A stretch of DNA of 60,272 nucleotides, taken from positions 34,967,166 to 35,027,437 of the forward strand of contig NC_057721.1 in NCBI RefSeq assembly GCF_004010195.1, read 5' to 3'. Position numbers and translations under genes: made by a program. Source of the stretch: Chiloscyllium plagiosum. Taxonomy: Eukaryota. Below the pieces are notes generated by a model that did no database searches, was not told the origin of the DNA, and worked only from the letters and a program-made list of their open reading frames with translations. This document shows positions 51,301 through 60,272 of this stretch, in pieces (the stretch's first letter is position 1; each line of letters opens with the position of its first letter).

Positions 51301-52529
51301 GTAAGACTAACACAGATAAGAATATGAGAAAGCTTGAAATCAAAACGATTGTCTGTGCACCAAACCATCTCCTTTCACAGTCCATAGATGACTACATCAG
51401 TCAGGATTTTCTCATTCAACAACCAAGATCACACTTTCTCCCCTTTGTGAATTGAATAGATCTATTACTGTCTCTTCAATTCTCTCAACATTTAACTGAT
51501 TCATTTTCTTTTTAATTGCAATTATTGACCTGAAATTCTTAATTTCTTTGTCCCACATATCCACTATCACATGTGGACAAAGTAAAATTACATGAAACTT
51601 GCTTCCTGTTTGAATTCAGTAATCTATTTATGCCTATCTTACTTTTTCCCTTGAAATAGTTTAAACCTTACAATGTAAAGCATGTTTTAAGTCTTGAAAG
51701 TTGCATACATTGTCTATTTCCATTGAAAGTTGTATAAATGTTAATGTCTTGATTCCAGCTTAATTATAATGATTTACGATTTAGAAGTTGAAATATCTAA
51801 TTTGCTAAAAGGAAATATATCTGAGCAGTGAATCAGAGGTTCATCACAGTTCAGTTTCTGCTCATCAATGTAAGCAGGCTGTTTTGCATTTCTGTCCCAG
51901 AGAACATGTTAAGAAACACACACTTTAAAAGCATCAGAATAATACCAGATATTTCTGTCACAGCTCACTAACAAACTCTTAACAAGCAACAGCCGAATTA
52001 CCACAAAAATCAGTGTCAATATTTTTCCTGAAATTTTTGGTAGGAATTGGAAAGTACCACAGAAACTTAGGGGAAACATATTAAATTTATTATTTAATTT
52101 TCTATCAGTTTTTCTTTGCCATATTGCTGCTAAATCTGGCCAGAAATAATATTACAGACCTTAAGGCATTGTAGTTTGAATTGAAAGAATAATTGGATTA
52201 ATTATAATGCAGTAATGTGGGACCACAAAATGCTGAAAAATGCACAGAATTTAGGAAAGTGGATGATACTTCAAGTACATGGGCCTTAAAATAATCCTTG
52301 CACAACAAGAAAGCCAAATATAATTGAGCCTTGTTTTTAATCAAAATGTGGCCAACAGGATAGTGGAGATGGCAGTCATACACAATGGATAAGGTAATCT
52401 TCCCACTGAAGATGATGTTCAATACTCTTATTCCTTCTGACTATATTCAGAAAAAGAAGCAAAGGCTTTGGTAATAGCATCTAACAGAATGTAAAACCTT
52501 TTGGTTTGCCTGTCGTGAATTGAGAAAAT

Positions 52530-52803
52530 GGATGAATAAATAATCTGTTCTAATGTAGTTGGCAGATGCATTAATATTGACCGGATGGTAAACCTCCCCA
52601 TTCTTCATCAAGCATCATAGTGTTCTTATTTTCTACAGAAAAGGTAGATGATGCCAGTATCTAGCATCTTTCCTGAAAGACAGCACCTCCAATAGTGCAG
52701 TAGTCTCTCAGTACACAACTGACAGGGGCAGAGTCAGTCTCCAGAATGCAACTTGAACCCACTCTGACTCAGAGGTGAGCATGCCCCAGCTGAGACCCAC
52801 TGA
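52530..52803 (-). mobile_element. Ancient DeuSINE remnant
   Basis: ctgaaagacagcacctccaatagtgcag...cttgaaccca...ctgactcagagg matches recalled antisense Deu-domain and tRNA head. Confidence 0.55.
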
Positions 52804-52914
52804 TATAATTGTCCGGTGCAGTATGAAAACCTCAAAATGTTTCAGGGATAAATACTTTGCTGAAAATTATTATGTAACAATTTATACGGTTTACTTTTTC
52901 TTTCGATTTCACAG

Positions 52915-53247
52915 AAAAGGATGTAAATGTGGAGACACAGAATATCACAGCAGTTTTAGGTGGAAATGTAACCTTCAGCTGTACTTCATATTCAAAAGAT
53001 ATTCAACAGGTCACTTGGCAGAAGTTAAATGGCCAATCGGAGGATAATATTGCTACATTTAGTGAAACAAATGGAGGCAATTTTTCTGTGCCATTTAGTG
53101 GTAGAGCTGTTTTCAAGCCAACAAAGGTACAAGTATCTACCATTATACTGTCTGGGGTAAGGCTTGAAGATGAAGGATGTTATCACTGTATCTTTAATAC
53201 AACGAGAACTGGCCAAAACATTGGGAAGACATGCCTCACTCTGCGTG
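52915..53247 (+). CDS. CD200: CD200-like Ig V-set exon 2
   Basis: Acceptor ttttctttcgatttcacag, donor G|GTAAGA, 333 nt, phase 1-1; open frame; about 60% amino acid identity to V exon 1 by hand count. Confidence 0.88.
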
Positions 53248-55120
53248 GTAAGACTGACTATAAATAAGTATATTAAAAAGCTTGAATCCAGGGAAGTGAA
53301 CTTCATTACAGTATCAATAAGTTAAATAAAAAACAAAATTACTGTAAATATTTAGCAGATCAGAAGTTGTCTATGTAGGATGTGATTTAGAGTTTACAAT
53401 TCACATTGTTGACCTTACGTCAGTACTCTATCTTCCATTCTGCCATAAAAATATTTAATGACTTCTCCCAGACCAGTCTTTGAGCCACGCATTCACTTCT
53501 CAATTTCATGTACTCTATGCTAATTTACAGGAAGTTCAGGTAATAATCCAGAGTTTATAAACTTCAAGGTTTTGCACTTTAATTTAACACCTTGCTTCTC
53601 ATATTCTCTCTTACTCCAGGTACTTCCCTTTCTCAGGGTTTCCACAATCTGCATTTTCTGATCACTACTTTATACATGAGGAAACCTGAAATGTGATTGA
53701 CATAAGTCAAGCTTCCTTTGTTTCTCCTAGACAAAGCAGGAAATTGGCCCGTGACATATTTTAAACTTTTCCCTGCTGCTGGCACCAGTATCTTGGCAAT
53801 ATTACAGTACACTGCATGCAAAATTCACTTAAAGAGGAGATAGATTTTTCATTATTTTCTTTTGTCTCACGATGAAGTAATTTCTTTGTAAAATTTAAAC
53901 CAAAATGTAGATATAGGTGGTGGGAAAAAATGATTTCCATTTTTAAAAAAATGATTTCTGGAACAATATTTACATGTTAAAATTGCTGAATGACTAACTT
54001 GAAACCAGGATTATCTGATCCAAATTCATAGCCAATAATACTACAAGAAGAAAAATAACACACAATGAGCAGGAATTTTCAGATGGCATGGTTTCCTGTG
54101 CCATCAAAGATTCAGCAGAGAATGTAATGCATTCCCATTGATCAGGACGTCCCATAGTCATTTAACACACAGGAGTTCAATTGGCTGGAGGTGGAATACC
54201 CACCTTTTACTCAGGTAGAATTGCCACTTCAAAACTGTGACTCAATCTGATTGGTTGGCAGCTCTGTTGGTACTTCAACACCACCAATAGTGGTTATCAA
54301 TGGTGGGAATACAGGCAGTCCTCCAATTTAAAATGCTGGAACCCAAAATGTGGAGTCTTGTTGCCAGGACATTTATTTGGGTTTTGCCTCCGACAGGGTA
54401 TTTTACCTGATGTGGGAATGCTAATGTTAACTCTTGTAACACTTGAAAATAGATGTAGATACTGTGGTTTTGAATAATCCAACAATAGTTTATTTCAACT
54501 CATCTATATAAACACCAGAAGCTCACACATGATGTTATCTAGTATGGTGGCGAAATGTCTGAAAATGAACCTTGCAGCTCAACAAGCAAACTTACGTCCA
54601 GAATATATACAAATATTACATTCACGGGCACATCAGTTTGGACTCATATTAAACTATTATGTTAAAGAGGAAACAGCATAGCATGCTATACTGGAAATGA
54701 TTCCCAGGATAAGAGGGAATCTGAGATTCTTATAACCTTGGGTCTCACACTTTGATGCTATCATGTTATCATGCATTCATTATGATATCATGAGTATCTC
54801 TCTTTGAAGTATACTGACCGTAAGACACAACACAACATACAGAATGGCAAACCTGGACATGATGGGTAGAGGGGTCGTAATGGCAATGTCAGGCATGGAA
54901 GGAGGATCCAGGGTGGAGAAACCTCACCTGAGGCCCATGTCAGGTGATATAAGGGGCTTCCTCCCCATCTGTAATCTGCTCCCAGCAGACTCGTCAGTAA
55001 AGTTTCTGATAGATGAGGTATGCAAGAAAATGCAAGGTATGCACTGGTCTCCCATTCCCTGAGTATTTAATTCCAATTTTCAACTATGCCACTTATATTT
55101 TCCTTTTTTTCTCCCTGCAG

Positions 55121-55242
55121 CACACATATCAATTAACTCCCATCACTATATTTGGATTGTTGTTGTACTGGTAGCAATTCTGACAGTTGTATTTGTGTTC
55201 AGTTGCCACTGCTACAAAAAGATAAGATGCCAGCTAAGGTAA
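55121..55242 (+). CDS. CD200-like gene, transmembrane and short cytoplasmic exon
   Basis: Strong acceptor (long pyrimidine tract, ctgcag). Phase-1 frame gives AHISINSHHY-IWIVVVLVAILTVVFVF-SCHCYKKIRCQLR. It ends at TAA 55240-55242 or splices at AG|GTAAGG (55238). Confidence 0.85.
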
Positions 55243-57295
55243 GGTAACTTCATCGATTTACACAATTTTCTGGAAAAGGAGAGTGTTGTGCAGTCTATTA
55301 GATTTTTGTTTCCCTTGGTCCTCAGCTCAAAATATTTTTTTGCCCAAGAACTGGTGAAAGTGTGATCTGTCATTGGTAACCAGGCATCTGGTGACTTTCA
55401 TGAATGACAGGACCGACAGCGGATCTCTTTGGAGAAATGTAAGGAGAGGGAAAGAAACAAATGACAGAAATAAATCAGGTGAAAACAGTTCAAACAGGAA
55501 CAAGAACCTGCAGGAATGAAACTCTCAATTTCAGTTGTTTCTTTCTGGGTTGAGAGAGATCAAGTGACAATGCAGGAACATAAATCTCATTATTAAAAAG
55601 GGTCTTACTGTTATGTACCAGCCCCAGATCACTAGGAAATTGTCCATTTTACAAGATTAATGGCAGACTGGCACAAATCTTCCTGGCAATTTGCAAATCA
55701 AGGCAATCTTCCTCACTATGAATTGTTGGGTTATTTATACACTAAGAATGATTGCACTTTAAACTTGCAATAACTCTTTCAGCAAATTCAGGGCTAGTAT
55801 TTTACAATATTAATGTTGTTTGAGTACATGTTAAAATCAACCTTAAATTTAGGAAAATTCTAGTTGCTAAGTTTTATTCCAGGTAATGAGATGAATTAGA
55901 AGACTAACTCACTGCTTCAGAAATATGGCTTGAGACATTTTAACTCAGAGGTCTCTCTGAAATCCCACAAAATGTATGTGAGTAGCCCTGGGAAATCAAC
56001 AAGAATCATTTGGTCTGTGTTTGTTTTGCAGATTCCACTTATATAGAAACTACGGAGGGCTCTGTGGTAGAATTGACTTAAGCTTTCCTTAGGTTTGAGC
56101 GTTTTAAGCCAGTTGTGATAGAATTGCACAATGATGTGCAGATATTCTTAAAGCCATTGCAGTGCCTTTCATTGAGTCCATATGTGGACCCTTTATTCTT
56201 TTCCTAGACTTAATTGAGCTGAATTCCATATACTAATCCATTTTGTTTGTTTGCTCGTTCCATTAGGGTATTCAGCTTATCTTGAAATCTCAGAGCTTCT
56301 TAGGTCTCAGAAGAGGATGGTGCATAAGATGTAAAACATTAGGATCCTTATTGTGGGGTTTGTGGAGCACGGATTGGTGGTTAGTGTTGAGTGAAGGGTT
56401 TGGGGTCAAGATTACCATTTTCAAGATAAAAAGGCCATTCTGAACATAATTACATAGTTAGCAGTTTTGTAAATAGGCCAACTCTTACTTCCTATCACCT
56501 GCTGCTTATTTACATTGCTAGTGACAAGTGGGTGTGTGGTGCAGAATGCCCTAGAGAAGGCTGAACAGATGTACATGAATGATAGCAGGTGTCAGCATTT
56601 CATTGGGCAGGTTGCACTGTGCATCAATCGAATACCCTTACAGAGTTGGTTGGGTTGACACGAGTGGGTGCAGACTTGCTTTGGAGCGTGGAGGTGCTAA
56701 CACTCTAGAAACACAACACAAGTCCTGGGAAGGCAAATGTAACTCTGAGTCTAAAAGGCTAGTTAGGTTTCTTCTGAATTTAAATTAGTTACTTTGTGAA
56801 TGCCAAGAATCCAAGTGTGCATATTTTGGAATTTAAAGTGGGATAATATTGATTAATTATTTTTCCTTTCAAATCCCTCAAATATTTAGACTATTAAATA
56901 TCATTGCCATTATATTCATATCATTTGGCATATGCCAAGTATTTCAGAACTATATTTTAAAGAAATGTACAGCAATTGTACAACCTTGCTTATGTGTATT
57001 TTAATGATCCTGAATATTTAGCTGCCAATAGTGACCCATAATGGTCATATGGACTTTATTTTGCAACCTGTAGCTTCAATAACCTCAAATGAAGCAGTTC
57101 CCCAAACTAAATAAAATAGTTATATTTTTCTAAGGATGTGAATACCTGAACCTTTCAGGAATTTTTGTGAATCATACAAATGATTTGTGTTATGGGAGCA
57201 TTTTATATATCAAACCTGCAGGAACTAGTCGAATGAATAGCAGTACACTGCATTCCCCTACATAATTACATTACTTAGTATGGAAATTCATAATG

Positions 57296-57476
57296 AAGAA
57301 AGTGAGGACTGCAGATGCTAGAGATCAGAGTCGAAGAGTGTAGTACTGCAAAAGCACAGCTGGTCAGTCAGCATCCATCATTCCTGATGAAAAGCTTGTG
57401 CTTCTGGCATCGACTTTCCTGCTCCTCAGATACTGCCTGACTAGCTATACTTTTCCAACACTACACTCTTCGACTC
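57296..57476. mobile_element. Penelope-derived hairpin insertion
   Basis: Perfect 15-bp TSD tggaaattcataatg (57281-57295, 57477-57491); the plus arm starts cattcctgatga. Confidence 0.8.
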
Positions 57477-57724
57477 TGGAAATTCATAATGTATAATTTC
57501 TAATGTAGTAATCCTCATTTTTGAATTACATTTACTGTATCATTTTTACAAACACACAAACATAAGAAATAGGAACAGTAACAGAGCATTTAGCCCCAGC
57601 TCTGCAATTCAATAAAACCCAAGGCTGATCTGAATGTTTTTGTAATTCTACATTTGGAACTATCTTTGAGAACCCATGATTTCCCAACCTAACAAAAATA
57701 TATATGCCTGTGATTTTTGAGAAG

Positions 57725-58138
57725 ATTTGTAGCTCAGGTTGAGGTTCAGGTTGGAAGTTTGCTCGCTGAGCCGGCAGGTTTGTTTTCAGATGTTTTGTCA
57801 CCATGCTGGGTAACATCATCAGTGAGCTTCCGGAGAAGCACTGGTGTTCTGTCCCGCTAGCTATTTGTGTGTCTTGGTCTGTTACGGTGGGTGATATCAT
57901 TTCTGGGTCTTTTTCTCAGAGGTTGGTAAATGGGATCCAAATCGATGTGTTTATTGATGGAGTTCCAGATTGTATGCCAGGCTTTTAGGAATTCCAGTGC
58001 ATGTCTCTGTTTAGCCTGTCCTAGGATAGATGTGTTGTTCCAGTCAAAATGATGTCTTTCTTCGTCTGGATGTAAGGATAATAGTGATAGTGGGTCATGT
58101 CTTTTGGTGGCTGTTTGGTGTTCATGTATCCCAGTGGC
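57725..58138 (-). mobile_element. Penelope-like element 3' end (different clade) with decayed hammerhead at 57786-57825
   Basis: IHEHQTATKRHDPLSL...HHFDWNNTSILGQAKQRHALEFLKAW (GIY-YIG C-terminal part). Minus RNA uca-CUGAUGA-u-GUUACC-cagcau-GGUGAC-AAAACAUC-uga differs from GAAACGUC by two CpG-type changes. Confidence 0.75.
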
Positions 58139-58678
58139 TAATGTTGCAATTGTACCAGCCTCCATTGCTTCCTCTGGCAACTCTTCCCATATATGTACCA
58201 CCCTCTGCGTGAAAACGTTGCCCCGTAGGTCTCTTTTATATCTTTCCCTCTCACCCTAAACCTATGCCCTCTAGTTCTGGACTCCCCAACCCAAGGGAAA
58301 ATACTTTGCCTATTTACCCTATCCATGCCCCTCATAATTTTGTAAACCTCTCTAAGGTCACCCCTCAGCCTCCGATGCTCCAGTGGAAATTGCCCCAGCC
58401 TGGTCAGCGTTTCCCTATAGCTCAAATCCTCCAACCCTGGCAACATCCTTGTAAATCTTTTCTGAACCCTTTCAAGTTTCACAACATCTTTCCGATAGGA
58501 AGGAGACCAGAATTGCATGCAATATTCCAACAGTGGCCTAACCAATGTCCTGTACAGCCGCAACATGACCTCACAACTCTTGTACTCAATACTCAATAAA
58601 GGAAAGCATACCAAACGCCTTCTTCATTATCCTATCTACCTGTGGCTCCACTTTCAAGGAGCTATGAACCTGCACTCA
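58139..58678 (-). mobile_element. CR1/HER1 RT C-terminal fragment
   Basis: ORF 58138-58614: LYRTLVRPLLEYCMQFWSP...RLRGDL. Confidence 0.9.
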
Positions 58679-59059
58679 TCTGCTTGACTGCAGATCCATT
58701 TCCAGGGAGTACCACAAACTTGTGCTCATATTCCTGTTCAGCCAAAATTTACTTGCACTCAATTTGTCACTGAAATCTTGGTATGAAACCTGAGTGCAAA
58801 ATTAGAAAGAAGGACTTTAGAAATTTGGCCCATGAAGAGCATTTTTAGATATTAGGCAAGAGTCAAATTAGACAAAGTGTTTGAAGTCTCTGACATGCGA
58901 AAATGCACTGCTATGGCTTCTGCTAACTTCCAGCAAGCGCAGTGTCTCAAGTGGTTATTCAAAAATATGTTTTATTATTGTGAAAAGAGAAAGGAAATGA
59001 ACAACATGAGATTGAACTATTTTTAGTCTCTAAAAATTAGAGCTAATTTAGAGCTAAAT

Positions 59060-59490
59060 GTACAACGGGGTTCCCCAGAGGTCAGTAAAGGGATCACAGT
59101 TAATATAATAATGTTATATTAATGGCCTAGACTTGGGTTACATATCACAATTTCAAAATGTATAGATTTCAAAAAACTTCAGAGCGTTATGAATTGTGAG
59201 GAGGGTAGAAATGAACCTCAAGAGGACATAGGGCTTATGGACTGAGTGAACATACAACAGATGAGATTTAATACAGAGAAATATAAAGTGATTAATTTTG
59301 GTAGGAAGAATAAGGGGAGAAAAATAAACTAAGGCTACAATTTTACATGGGGTGCAGGAACAGAGAGACCTGAGTGCATATGTGCAGAAATTATTGAATG
59401 CACCAGGGAGCAATTATTTCAAAAAACCAGACTGGTTTCAAGGCTTCAAAAGAGGAAGAAAATTATGTTAAGTCTTCATACAACACTGTG
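59060..59490 (+). mobile_element. Old CR1 RT fragment
   Basis: GVPQRSV and FNTEKYKVINFGRKN motifs. Confidence 0.7.
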
Positions 59491-59511
59491 TAAGAACCAT
59501 GTCTTTTTTTT

Positions 59512-59717
59512 AACAAAATCAGAAATTGTTCGAAACACTCAGCAGGCTGGCAGTTTCTGCAGAGAGAAAGCAAAGTTATCGTTTCAGGTCCAGTGACCCA
59601 TCTTCAGGACACCCAAAATATTAACTTTGCTTTCACTCTGCAGATGCTGCCAGACCTGCTGAGTGCTCCGATCAATTTCTGATATCCAGCATCCATAGTT
59701 CTTTGAGTTTTTTTGTT
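59512..59717. mobile_element. Penelope-derived hairpin (family of 10919-11162)
   Basis: Inverted arms; minus strand CUGAAGA-U-GGGUC-ACUG-GACCU-GAAAC; flanked by ccatgtcttttt / ccatgtcgtttt. Confidence 0.7.
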
Positions 59718-59889
59718 CCATGTCGTTTTCATTTGGGATTCTGAAACTTGTGCACTGAATTGAGAAAGAACTTTTCTAAAACTGGTGTTTTGAAGGGATA
59801 GCTGTATGTTTTGGAAGCAAGGAACCTGATGCCCATGTCAAGCATTGTGCAAATAACTATTTGAACAAGAAATAGTTGAAGTTTAAATT

Positions 59890-60272
59890 GCAGATGATTT
59901 TGAGCAGAAAGGTTGTACAAATGATTTGGAGCAGAGGGGTTGGTTGAGATGATTTGGAGCGGAGGGGTTGTACAGATGATTTGGAGCAGAGGGGTTGTTG
60001 AGATGATTTGGAGCGGAGGAGTTGTACAGATGATTTGGAGCAGAGGGGTTGTACAGATGATTTGGAGCGGAGGAGTTGTACAGATGATTTGGAGCGGAGG
60101 AGTTGAACAGATGATTTGGAGCAGAGGGGTTGTACAAATGATTCGGAGCGGAGGGGTTGTACAGATGATTTGGAGCAGAGGGGTTGTACAGATGATTTGG
60201 AGCAGAGGGGTTGTACAGATGATTTGGAGCGGAGGAGTTGTACAGATGATATGGAGCAGAGGGGTTGTACAG
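59890..60272. repeat. 27-bp minisatellite, about 14 units, running off the window end
   Basis: Unit GTACAGATGATTTGGAGC(AGAGGG/GGAGGA)GTT. Confidence 0.95.

Noticed and set aside
50901-51455. 184-aa ORF as a single-exon gene
   Set aside because: Its N- and C-terminal parts lie beyond clear splice sites; only 50965-51300 is Ig-like.
50965-53247. Tandem V exons as rearranging antigen-receptor V segments
   Set aside because: Each exon includes its own G strand and ends in a splice donor; no heptamer-nonamer recombination signal follows either exon.
59890-60272. CRISPR-like array
   Set aside because: Head-to-tail units with no unique spacers, in eukaryotic DNA.

Overview
Repeat-dominated vertebrate genomic DNA. 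The repeat content (HE1-type tRNA-derived SINEs, HER1/CR1 LINEs with (GTTCTAT)n tails, Penelope-derived hairpins) points to a shark or other elasmobranch; this is an inference. Most ORFs in the track are fragments of decayed CR1, L2 and Tx1 LINEs, a Gmr1-like Gypsy LTR element (integrase upstream of RT), Penelope-like elements (PLEs) and a Harbinger transposase. One host gene is readable on the + strand: a CD200 (OX-2)-like Ig-superfamily gene with a leader exon (44741-44783), two tandemly duplicated V-set exons (50965-51300, 52915-53247), no visible C2 exon, and a TM exon (from 55121). It would encode about 277 aa if it stops at the TAA ending 55242. Four structures stand out. (1) A 16.2-kb composite Gypsy insertion bounded by one GTCA target-site duplication (TSD); it holds about 8.7 kb of apparently foreign DNA between two near-identical 1.75-kb repeats. 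(2) An inverted, diverged copy of the first ~195 bp of the gene's leader intron, starting at the splice donor and lodged inside a PLE about 1 kb upstream. (3) About ten short PLE-derived insertions carrying minimal hammerhead-ribozyme cores, with ends clustering at the CUGAnGA box. (4) A short CR1 derivative made of tandem CpG-rich 5' monomers fused to the 3' tail. All identities and boundaries were read by eye; no searches were run.
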